Below, piece by piece: positions 61,801 to 64,000 of a DNA stretch of 64,000 nt (position 1 is the first letter of the stretch; every line of letters begins with the position of its first letter). The notes beneath the pieces are model-generated. The model had not been told where the DNA came from, did no database searches, and was given only the letters and a program-made list of their open reading frames with translations. This DNA is from Elusimicrobiota bacterium (GTDB taxonomy: Bacteria; Elusimicrobiota; Elusimicrobia; F11). The DNA lies in assembly GCA_022072025.1 (NCBI GenBank), contig JAJVIP010000010.1:178050-242049 (forward strand), read 5' to 3'. Position numbers and translations under genes: made by a program.

Positions 61801-64000
61801 GAAAGCGATTTGGTCCAACTGCCGTCCGGGTTCGCGCCCGGCGAAGCGTAAGTGCCGGTGTAATCTTGCGCATTAAAACTTTTCAAGAGGCCGTCATTCA
61901 GTCTCACGGAATAGGATTGATTGGTGGACTGGGTCATGCGCGCTTGCCCTGTGTTCATCCAGATGAGCGGTGAAAATTCTTGCGTGATGTCGCTCATCGT
62001 GTACGCTCGAACCCCATCGAACGAGAGTGATTTATTTAAAAAGGGTTCGTCCGGCGAAGCAAGCACGGTCATGGGAGGCGTCGAGAGCAGCCGTCCGAAT
62101 TTGTCGTAACTCTGGGAATAATCAACCGCGCTGTGCGACTTGCTCCATTCCCCGGTCCATTCATTGGCGTGGGGATTGTCATAGGAAGCGACGTTCGAAT
62201 CTTCTTCATCGGCGCTGAAACTTCGCGTATCGACCCGCGCCAGCCGGGTTTGTTGAGCGCGTGTGATGACGTAAGTTTGGGTGATATCCGCGCCGCTGTA
62301 ACCAAAAACGCCATCGTAACTCCAACTGTGGCCGCGTCCCATGGTCTTTTCATCCTCTTCGATGGTACCGTCTTTGTCCATATCGGCCTGTTGCACCAAT
62401 TTTCCGTACTTGTTGTAAGCATTGGTGGTCACCATGCGTTGACGGTTTCGAGAATGGTCCGAATATTCCGTGGGATTGTCGTAGCTGCCGGACCCACGGG
62501 CGTCGTCGCTCCAAGTCTCATTGATTGATTTCCAAAGTTTGGCTTGGTTCGCTCGAACCACATATTCTTGAGCGCTTTGGCCCGTGGTCCGAACCCCAAA
62601 AGCGTCACGGCTGATAAAGGTTGATTCGCCAGTCGCGCCCAAGAGGCGCGTGTTCACTTGATCGTTTGTGTAGGTTGTTTTTGATCGGGCGGTGTTCGTG
62701 CCGCCGTCCCGCGAAAGAGTTTGAGATTCGGTGGTCACCTCTCCCAGTCGGGCCACCCCCACTTTAAGTTCCGGCGCCACGGATCCGGGGCCCACCAAAA
62801 TAATTTCGTACTGCTGGCGGATCGTGCCATTCGTTTCATCAAACGCCTCGCCATCGATCTGAGAATGACCCGAATGGGAAATGAACCGGCCCTCACCAAC
62901 CGCGTTTTGAAGAACACCGCTGTCGTTGTGTCCATAGGTGGTGGCCATCCACTGGTGATTGGTGGACGTGTCGATTGAATTCGTTTCACTTTCGGAATCG
63001 CTGAACACACGCCGCGTGACAATGCGAGGCCGGCCCGCTCCAGCCACTTCCCAGGTGTTGTAGGTTTCCGTGGTGTTGAACCAAGAGTTTTCCAACGATT
63101 GAAGCGTGTCCACCACCCAGGTGTTGCTCGCCTCATCATAATCATAGGCGAACCGGTCTGTTTTCCCCCGTAAGAAGCCTTGGTCTCTCACAACATAGGG
63201 AGTGCCCAACGCATCGGTGTACGCTTTAACGGTGTACCGGCTGTTTTGAATGGAGCGGTTCACAAGGCCGTCGGCCGAATAGTTTTCGGAGGCCGCGCGA
63301 GACTCCAGTAACACGCCATCACTGGTGTAGGTGTTTAACACGTAACTTTCCGTATGGGCATAAATCGGATGTGGTTGAATGGCGCTTCCATAAAGCGTGG
63401 CGCCCGCCGGAATATCCCAATCGCCGCCTGGGCGGACCGCGGAGAAATTGGGATTCAACTCGACATCACCAAGATGCTGTTTGTTTTCAAGAAGGCGGGC
63501 CTGCCCCCCCAACACGGTGTACTCCTGCCAGAGAGTTCCATAGGGCGGATAACCCGGCTGGACGCCCAACGTCAAACCCTCCGTTTCATTCCACGTGGTC
63601 CAGCGACCCATTCCGGTGGCAGCCTTTAATTGTCCCGCCGGCCCCGCCTCGCCCGGTTGCCAATAGCTGTTGGTGACCTCGGTCCGTTGAATGTTAAACG
63701 AACCGTCCACCCCATCGGCGCGTGAAAGGCTGGTGGTGCTGGCCAAACGCGCTTGTCCTTGAACAAAAACATAGGACTGAGTGGCGCCCCATTGACCGAC
63801 AAGCGGCGTCACATTCACGCCCCCTGTCTCGACAATGCCGATGCGCTGGTTGAGGTCTCTTAAGGCAGGATCCACATCCGTATCAATGGATGAGAAGGGA
63901 AGCGCTTTTTCATCGGTTACGTCGTAACGTGTTTTTTCTGATTCGCTTTTCGTCCCCAAGAAACCGGAATGGGTGACACTGCCCTCATTGTCGATGGACC
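37887..64000 (-). CDS. Giant RHS/YD-repeat-like surface or secreted protein, more than 8,690 aa in window (N-terminus beyond right edge), with tandem-repeat array and long C-terminal extension
   Basis: Single uninterrupted minus-strand frame from stop at 37887-37889; still open at nt 64000 (upstream codons ..SIDNEGSVTHSGFLGTKSE.. contain no stop). YD motifs: SYDKFGRLL, YQYDAVGRLKD, YHYDEEGNMTG, YEYDAQGLLF. RHS-core-like NPNLVDPIGG at ~42192-42221. 13 near-identical ~245-aa repeats. Confidence 0.85.
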   Translation of the reverse strand, partial: SIDNEGSVTHSGFLGTKSESEKTRYDVTDEKALPFSSIDTDVDPALRDLNQRIGIVETGGVNVTPLVGQWGATQSYVFVQGQARLASTTSLSRADGVDGSFNIQRTEVTNSYWQPGEAGPAGQLKAATGMGRWTTWNETEGLTLGVQPGYPPYGTLWQEYTVLGGQARLLENKQHLGDVELNPNFSAVRPGGDWDIPAGATLYGSAIQPHPIYAHTESYVLNTYTSDGVLLESRAASENYSADGLVNRSIQNSRYTVKAYTDALGTPYVVRDQGFLRGKTDRFAYDYDEASNTWVVDTLQSLENSWFNTTETYNTWEVAGAGRPRIVTRRVFSDSESETNSIDTSTNHQWMATTYGHNDSGVLQNAVGEGRFISHSGHSQIDGEAFDETNGTIRQQYEIILVGPGSVAPELKVGVARLGEVTTESQTLSRDGGTNTARSKTTYTNDQVNTRLLGATGESTFISRDAFGVRTTGQSAQEYVVRANQAKLWKSINETWSDDARGSGSYDNPTEYSDHSRNRQRMVTTNAYNKYGKLVQQADMDKDGTIEEDEKTMGRGHSWSYDGVFGYSGADITQTYVITRAQQTRLARVDTRSFSADEEDSNVASYDNPHANEWTGEWSKSHSAVDYSQSYDKFGRLLSTPPMTVLASPDEPFLNKSLSFDGVRAYTMSDITQEFSPLIWMNTGQARMTQSTNQSYSVRLNDGLLKSFNAQDYTGTYASPGANPDGSWTKSLSTTDFSRSYNTQNGAPILSFAPFMTGRSLSFDGTAVPGLNQGTTASSFYQSFNQHIWAATGQTKLATSANFSWSTDSTGTLGTFDAPEPASDGSTTRSWSVSDYTSSYYDGVNTVPPAGEGIGALVRSQQGLPKTLGGSLSFDGFRSYTRSDTTQEFNQAIWNKFGRTSLEKSISRSYSSSNDPALWDTTDAVQGFGRALSVRRENGSTFDLSSLRVYGRGSFDSPFVQGDESWNKSELITHYKDSYDEETTRPTSVAPWATGWSLNFDGLSLPGLELGYSKSTIFQTFNANIWQKTGGLKLETVINQGFSSNANGEGSYEAPVAALDGSQQRSLSVTDYSKSYYDGVRFMPPAGEGIGSIIRTEAGLPKTKSLAWSFDGFRTMTRSSTDTEYNKEIWNRFGRTVVLKTTVTSATTDDQETAWVLSDEFGRRLAVRNESGDTVDFSVALVYGRRNPSNKYGALAQGDESWNRSRVVTHYEYAYDPATAKPYQDGTFEHTPWSEGETHSYDGLSVVEGQGHTHGVIFTTYNQDVWRLAGLLRTENSVNKSWSSNAANTLANGTAGSLENPIAQSDNSTNLSWSVTNYQKAWITSGDKAGAVNRTDDATPQGWSWGFSFDGIKTYTRSESTTQFNNEIWKKFGKTVLRQTTSTSGSSANQEAEWSVGSKATPDVTIRTRDKEGVIRDETVMRVRGAIDPNNMFGAVAQGDDSWNGSRVTTHYETAYNETTSHLWRETEAGFVSQENHTPWSEGETHNFDGLSALQGQGHTHGVVFTTYNQEIWKQAALLRTENSVSKSWSSTATNIHSEDGLGSITNPLHQSDNSTNLNWSVTNYRNAWVTSGNKAGAVNRSDDATPVSLSWGFSFDGFKTYTRSTSKSEFNQEIWKRFGKTVLSRSESTSATSRDAQRQWNVGDALDPGVNIKIRDNNGNIMDETQMLVRGLIDEDVGEDHMFDAVSQGDDSWNGSRVTTHYERAYNSETSRPWQSGERGFVDSEYHTPWSEGETHSFDGLGAIETSPQLKEAQGHTHGVTFTSYNQEVWRLSGLLRTDNSVSKSWSSNATNTLPDGTQGGIGNPLHQLDNSTSLNWSVTNYRNAWVTSGDKAGAVNRADDATPVSLSWGFSFDGFKSYTRSESKTEFNSEIWKKFGKTVVLKTETTSGTSLPGERNWDVGRAFDPDVIIRVRDKDGRLIDETTMRVQGLLDEDRNENNLYDAVSQGDGSWNGSRVVTHYETAYDLETSRPHQDGSFEHTPWSEGETHSYDGLSVVEGQGHTHGVVFTTYNQEVWKNAGLLRTDNSVSKSWSSTATNIHSVDGVGSITNPLHQSDNSTNLNWSVTNYRNAWVTSGDKAGAVNRLDEATPQSWSWGFSFDGFKTTTRSETKTEFNQEIWKKFGKTVVFRTETESGTSRDEERDWDTGELFGSGVTVRTRDHEGVIRDETRLRVRGLLDRDVSENNKFRAVSQGDESWNGSRIVTHYETAYDLETSRPHQDGSFEHTPWSEGETHSYDGLSVVEGQGHSHGVTFTTFNREIWKNAGLLRTDNSVSKSWSSTADNSHPLDGIGSITNPLHQSDNSTSLSWSVTHYGKAWVTSGDKAGAVSRLDDATPQSWSWGFSFDGFRTFTRSESKTDFNKEIWKRFGKTVIYQTETTSGTSANEERTWNVAQAAGLPLSIRTRDQDGVIRDETLMQVRGWLDSDRDENNLYGAVSQGDGSWNGSRVTTHYRTAYNVETSRPWQESDLGFQGLEHHTPWSEGETHSYDGLSVVEGQGHSHGVVFTSFNQEIWKNAGLLRTDHSVSKSWSSTANNSHPLDGIGSITNPLHQSDNSTNLSWSVTHYRNAWILSGAKAGAVNRTDDAVPTSWSWGFSFDGFKTYTRSQSTSEFNRALWKRFGKTVVFRTETESGTSRDEAHQWKVGELSNPDVTIKTRDANGVIRDETWMQVRGALDSRNLFNAVAQGDESWNGSRIVTHYETAYDEETSRPHQDGSPESTPWSEGETHSYDGLGAIDTSPLLKEGQGHTHGMIFTTYNQDVWRWAGLLRTENSVSKSWSSNATNTLSDGTSGSITNPLAQIDNSTNLSWSVTNYKNAWVTSGDKAGAVNREDNATPQGWSWGFSYDGFRTFTRSESKTEFNNNLWKKFGKTVLLKTETTSATSENKTHDWNAGRQFDPDVSIYTRDANGRIINETVMEVRGTVNENNMYGAVAQGDESWNGSRVTTYYQTAYNEETSRPWQRGDVGYESAEYHTPWSVGETHSYDGLSLLEGQGHTHGVVSTTYNQEVWRLAGILRTDNSVSKSWSSNATNTHADGSTGSLERPIYQEDNSMNLSWSVTNYGNAWITSGAKAGAVNRSDEATPQSWAWSFNYDGFKTFTRGESETKFNSEIWKKFGKTVARTSESVSSSSRDEASSWAVGGKFSPGVFIKTRDADGNVIDETVMTVRGAVDSRNLFDAVAQGDGSWNGSRVVTHYETAYNPATSRPWKEGDAGYQNADFHTPWSEGETHSFDGLSSIPGQGHTHGTTHSSYNSEIWALAAVLRTYVSLSKTWSSNAAGHGDIEYPLAQKDNSTSVAWSVTNFKDAWITSGDAAGAVNRSGSGTPTGATWSASYDGLRSYTRTLTHSYFNDNIWSRFGKTVIRQTESTSSSTQGNQGRINDWQWNVAQSLGEGLTLKTRDSRGNLTDETLLRVKGPIDTSATPHLYQALPQGDGSWNGSRVVTHYETAYDEATSRHYQEGRFDQTPWSEGESHNFDGLSLVPGQGHTHGLIYTTYNTEIWKWAATLRTDSNVSKTWSSNAAGEGNINEPIFQTDNTTTLSWSVTNYKDAWVTQGDNVGAVNRSGQGTPKGFSWSVSYDGLRTYTRSLTTSLFNDNIWSQFGKTVLLRSETVSGTTAGDNGIADPYEWNVGAQFDPDIRVRLRDAVGDIYDESRMRVRGPIDESANPNLFQALPQSDGSWNGSRVVTHYETAYDESTSQPWKEGSFERTPWSEGESHNFDGLSPIPGQGHTHGVLYTTYNNDIWKGAGLLRTFTSVNKSWSSNAVGEGSIDNPVFQLDGSSNMNWSVTNFSEAWITEGSQLGAVNRSALGTPTSVSWSALFDGIRSYSRTFTETTFNKNIWAQFGKTVAAQSVSISASTRGENGVVAPYTWRVGAAFDPGLQVLIREADGQIKNETEMTVRGPVDNDHLFGAAAGTDESWNGSRVTTHYETAYDEATSRPYEDGSFEHTPWSEGETHNFDGLSFAPGQGHTHGLIYTTYNSLLWALGGLLRTEQSISKTWTSNAAGDGSLENPVRAADNSYNAAWNITSYANAWVTSGREMGAVNRTDSGVPQSWSWGFSFDGFKTFTRSLTRTDFNKAVWKNFGKTVAFLTETTSGTTEDKKVLWRAGAEFSPERVIRFRDAAGEIKIETEMEVRGQVNPANLFGAVAQGDDSWNGSRITTHYETAYDETTSKPFSDGAFEHTPWSEGETHSFDGLSLMPGTGHTHGVSYTTYNSALWASTGLLRTQANANFNWTSNEFGAGNFEQPVPWIDRQQSRSWSVLLYDNAWVTGGPKAGAVNRTEAGTPVGSSGSWSDDGFGRFTRTDTAQTFDPRFWINHGKTLMLETVSRSYSSDELPSLWDVASLSGSPVLVRDAFGQSLDLSSTIVFGKGTFDAPLSQSDLSWNKSEITTRYHDSYDLNSARPTAVAPHSTGWSLSFDGLSLPGLGLGYTRTDINQVFHDDIWELTGQMRLKASFNFSHSSDEGQAGSLMEPHRGIDDTRSRSWNVTSYENAWIKSGPKAGAVNRTAAAVPVVKGGGWSDDGQGHFTVSENEQIFDPTFWITFGKTLLARSVVRSFSSDDQAHTWQAGREFGVPLLGRDSQGRLIDYNNIAVIGGGSFESPLQQGDESWTKSEMITHYQDSYDPLTTLPTGLSTPWAEGFSLSFDGTALLHLGLGYSKSLIYQTYNSHLWDAAGLLRLDSSVSLSFNSNAAGEGDYHDLNSLSSADGSQFRSWTVTDYSSSYIDGVQVAPSQWRKNLGAINRSAQGVPVVKGGSWSFDGFHQYTRTDITQKFNVDIWNRFGKTLLSESVVDSYSSDDSAAPWEADQALGRTLVVRDAVGGFVDMNRVPAFGLGNFSNPTPQKDGSWSKNHLVTHYTNSYDLTTSKAIGTNTPWTEGWSLSFDGLALPGINVGYSKSEIYRAHNQKIWELTGLLRSTIEVSIGYSSDKEGRGRFESPVEMETGESTRFWSVTDYSNSYVDGDQVISDGDRTVIGAINRKADGVPVNHSGSWSFDGVANYSRSESSTKFNSVLWNRFGKALALEVTSHNWTSDNAASTWEAQALFEKPILVKDSHGDVIDYSSLLVYGGGSYDRPAVQMTGGWNKSESKRLYEGAYDLESSRPTDKAPVTVGTSLSYDGYLPNNTLGYNKSEFRVESAKDIWKNQGVERDGLSITRSFSSNDLGEGSYDDPFKLNADGSYARSYRAQDNRPRWNEFGGVERGSGDIEDQTYAPRLLESENLSFDGFNTFTKSISIEKYNGSVQYHLGRALVLESTSRSFSSNGKEGGTFEDAWKTKRYGEGTLENPVAHVTDSWSTSEFTTSFKDSYNPVTGRLTDKAPTAFGKSLSFDGIPAGRETGHTGFTASEIAQKNDDVIWKNTGLTRLVESAVRSWSSDRQGNGTFGNPAAQDDRSLSRSYARTTYAGSFDAATGKLVADALPTVSSWNWSFDGLTSYTAARSTQKNDPFFWNTLGRLVLESTESRSYSSDWTEQGTEADAALFGERGATIIFGGGTFDDPVRSFDDSRSRTSIKTDYVGSTHKEFGVMGRPTELAPRSTGWSWSDSGIGEGHNVGFNKVILEQDNRDDLWRSLGIVRLKESRSLIFSSNDKKKSGTLGIDSEWGEGSFEIPFVQENDTWFRGFSRTTYENSWKETSGQPHAAHAPVIDSWYLNFDGARFQKSISQTTHQGDIWGFSGKMAFDKVITRSFSSDNTLINNDLKNPDWGGGRYETPVFQADHTFNRSVNTVLGQGAFDLLGRPTEKAPLSTGESESGEMYKKREFINQADMDQAVQSVIDVFDRFTDLDPLSPAEQRLGGILRNDLSQPLWNPDFSEVLKVRNDFQTSLEDWLDTHNADNTSYDDFYDFVIQRIEAMPDLDEWKNTLNFDFEGQVVEALFREQESGPNRAFLKVIEDRLLGDPELDPAVTAILNAGGTFVEVAGKITSLMGQTKNKRVIDDLSQLLYNFTDKTSTQNSFAWRSLSESKVEQQLSAVVWQTIGQQRAEIRKTSSKTQLIDGNRQESEVEVISVFDPSVAPALSTTGSGWSLTEDAHGNKQKQSFIQNFEIVLKEARLTEQLVTGIESDNNDGSFTLLNGENFTEYQYDAVGRLKDQHSWSRLRNDDGFGNTSDTNTESFYRVIKTLVKLDYSLSETLGESTDGTRTVSKNRARTQYHYDEEGNMTGAVQTGGDSITTDLFGNTQDRRVTVDLRLMAGSIKTFLSQSHVESFNTDGSSSISDSVNLNWFMSSGALPRRITSSSRNTSTSDDGYENVSTAWTLSQSENIAGNSKQTVSGTLSLGNFFDGSSQLSKNISRTLYSDDGVLEGGKGTRESRSDDGYGNIDRGIGEDTYIAVGGLLKISLSLSNNLHAAMDQSLSWSESAMHYGYKKVGAYYLLDFAFSLGSSKTNDGWGNISRAVTHTLFGIIAGQARSIETRVDSESRSMSGSITASTNLTYTDYETNGRLLDQVAYGTSATNDGSGNQSWEALSRTSYVLLHGRFKVISVLSQGGFMRRDNNYGSNYSLTSYFYDERDQLAEVWGNRNSFGTDFWGNTYSSFSTVSYGIYAGQARPIGTSTRSESRRVDGSWSINFDTLWQSWDSGGRITGSLGASSGFGGDGLVYSNAYSVLTQYIIAFGAPVPYESLIESSGSNIRGDWNQSRAVTRHYHTYMPDWVDYEYDTTDQIPVGWDMADYVVWGDGPATSALWLYPSLPRGPEISLWFMGALVDDVFNDRGLYFPINVNFENRTEFNDRSFSNGVLTTENNGLRVSRVIGNTNLMRDVFEEVNDSTSVNLTGWYPIDQTRATRVSRFFYNPWNAEFINGFTESNVVFDKQEISPVGLPVSHTGNSRSFVTFINIAGKRVVDMDSSTSNEIMTVAGRVESITTGSSVSAYRYNAVGNSIDKITNSIRDTFNPPVNAGGAAAGDAFPSQGAWTRSLSQTYHRSLFGFMDAVRTDTISASLNNYQSSYTETVSFINRTFNLFGQTGATDGWTSRTWNAWYLNETGTDGGGVAVTLPNVRNFSTAKGYNQYGIYRWVGEQVLKAFSESNSNGLVSETETTYVRNANGQGDFAFSVSRTGQLFSQNNWWNQTETSMVRDFGEHYRMENVREQKYEGVGFFGVAGPGANVVPVYTVVDRKYEYDAQGLLFTRMDGSASIDVKVLQSSVWFGFAPGSFQSVSQLVRSVGGDLAGGNAPYYGTLGNADRDGTILNHYTEKWELTSNRDPILTQKVNHMEFIGWQEINLGNGFRFYGDYFKLFKVEDRKYDGDVLKQIDQRQKVVHFSLNQLSGNPNLVDPIGGFPLFAHWFNQEADYYVYTHETVFSRRLFDPFGDPLNPTLQGDEDPDINGDDRRGATPMTEQLYEAIVKYRASLTLDYRANLTQAGVMTPYVKHVSRRRYEGNLPGASLSDLYYGPSGVGSLFLGAPIGFYNPILNRQVGAGGGENVEHQDIEMISRYHTPVNNGGGRIERRPPDITRDPEDFAHDPYYYLPAIAAWGLPEGGRLFQSGIWNPIWTNSPARRMTRLLKDWIGDLIDDITGFFKDPEPEEKGAEAAPGSVEAPGPKTERASSPRAPTAREIAQVRSLVEKARREPLPESVKVEIEMLAQALIRGDEDSIKEISTDLGLSTDEMTSLEKEFSPEEKIVPKIFEMAKSWISRGLDIVGPLVPDFLVEDLVKTIEDKKAEAASLPKEGDSVLEGKAIVEKIHPDARLTDKKPKPLVKETIPVRFGSSQLRFGDGRLRLVTDNKELKGPKGFLKEGTVLEFKVRRVTMEAVVGKDGLLLVRKNAVVLAGAIQKMLRPVGGEKVRVGAVRTREGVEIQTLRQPQRQERPETPRRRDSSVRPSGEGKTEGPIAKKDGAPEPVEAEKPKEESASLLPGALAAALSSPFGMAFFPALVGDEASSAGAREEAASPKGVGETVPLLGGLDSFLIPLFGSDRPSIVSGLASFLMSRPLFTSSKPSSLTTLKTSRLEPSKESKEKARSKEPSGPRVTGNPVWIQSPSLFQRIKGLLQIESPDFVPNKPVSVEVDERNNTVTVQQATVRPGEFRVQVYRVGSEVSFRVGGRLVPAQVTSQGLQVKDRELAMVLGMTLGAQLPESPTGQPTFYGVFQGNAEEGFFLKKVEINVAANGFVLTNSSVDLGDLQMNRFVLLGPGGPVNATFDSRVKIGGRSFPVFRLSGGRPAIASILQSLAGSSLVAGPDNGTRVLIMTARGNLYFASFDRDKGTLVLPDAVKRFRGTALMATPLGVGMLRAQGAGKATLIGTRGDIKTGSLLRLDGLAATAVLPKGGVSLSARLSDFALKIATPFVTKALEGADEAAVTPLLSVGAEFKTLFDVDPREEFAIDDIVHPILSGVMAFTEILLGAKETTVSLTMDSLASKVPMELGQAYVRSDVSLSEVVPLEDVQVLKAILTLPEGKIAALSKLIDSLVPGSNLWEQITTLLKNSPRDDNQWQLALRQDNKGQYSPVLLSVQKRGDQEYGVAVSLTGTSTFPLNPLPKADVTVREGAGAGGLIPAPIRPAVEMEEFRSYALAPSLKKSTLFEHERAGAILLRGNDDGIVFFSPVFNSPTSVVVHDSDFEKLTGPFVPFHTHGGWPQSFRGLARFAPTPEDVWAHRKIMTKFAQSHGTSLNLPSVIYFATGETTLFWVGASDQDAIRLEVRGADGRVHLAQVSLERLRWAQFTGELHLLGGTEEASALSGPFSLWALLRCRTPLWDRKRAKHLVSHKYIDSHK
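46780..50850 (-). repeat. Degenerate long (3 copies, ~48750-50850) and short ~110-aa (about 6 copies, ~46780-48750) repeat units of the same family inside the giant ORF
   Basis: Units begin with YD-like motifs (TTRYHDSYD, ITHYQDSYD, VTHYTNSYD, YEGAYDLESSRPTDKAP, SYNPVTGRLTDKAP) and retain SLSFDG, IW..G, SWSS and SRS blocks; identity decays towards the C-terminus. Confidence 0.5.
50850..60385 (-). repeat. Coding tandem array: 13 near-identical ~245-aa (~735-bp) repeats inside the giant ORF
   Basis: Unit: VTHYETAYDxETSRP...TPWSEGETHSYDGLS...GQGHTHGV.FTTYNQEIWK.AGLLRTDNSVSKSWSS...NPLHQSDNSTNLSWSVTNY.NAWVTSGDKAGAVNR...SWSWGFSFDGFKT.TRSESKTEFN.EIWKKFGKTV...VRG...SQGDESWNGSRV. Unit starts at ~60375, 59645, 58895, 58115, 57385, 56650, 55910, 55165, 54425, 53675, 52945, 52225, 51530. 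Confidence 0.75.

Noticed and set aside
37887-63959. Dozens of plus-strand ORFs inside the giant gene (for example 46233-47630 465 aa, 59976-61037 353 aa, 54987-55967 326 aa) with recurring motifs such as GHTPAQIHAVV / RHTPTQIRAVV
   Set aside because: They are antisense shadow ORFs of the minus-strand tandem repeats. Their periodic similarity simply mirrors the coding repeats. They are Arg/Gly/His-rich with no start context.

The single 26-kb minus frame explains the region.

Overview
This 64-kb window reads as bacterial chromosome with moderate GC. It has a housekeeping left half, a signalling/secretion middle, and a right end dominated by one giant gene.

Left to right:
- **1-3303 (-):** a large secreted-protein gene missing from the ORF track because its stop lies left of the window.
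- **3448-10842 (+):** an lpdA-lipA-gcvT-gcvH-gcvPA-gcvPB-lipoyltransferase operon, followed by mgtE and mazG.
- **12655-13522 (+):** a DUF4160/DUF2442 toxin-antitoxin-like pair, then queF.
- **13812-24726 (-):** a 11-kb co-directional array with overlapping starts and stops: argG-argH-[repeat]-TolC-patatin-TPR-lysA-dapF-dapA-dapB-[repeat]-dapL.
- **24759-30580:** a degenerate E3-like oxidoreductase, a SHOCT membrane protein, and a c-di-GMP/pilus-type cluster (GAF protein, PilZ, GAF-HD-GYP, GspE/PilB ATPase).
- **30773-32948 (+):** an HK/OmpR two-component pair.
- **33197-37379:** two paralogous COG1373/DUF4143 AAA ATPases flanking a membrane protein.
- **37493-37864 (-):** a small nucleotidyltransferase-like gene.
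- **37887 to beyond 64000 (-):** a single reading frame of more than 8,690 aa (more than 26 kb), still open at the right edge.

The giant ORF encodes an RHS/YD-repeat-like protein:
- It holds 13 near-identical ~245-aa tandem repeats (~735-bp period) plus degenerate long and short repeat units.
- It has YD motifs, an RHS-core-like NPxxxDPxGG motif, and a ~1,400-aa C-terminal extension.

Two families of structured palindromic repeat elements occur in 3 and 2 copies. One copy of each family sits in-frame inside a coding sequence.

No rRNA, tRNA or CRISPR was seen.
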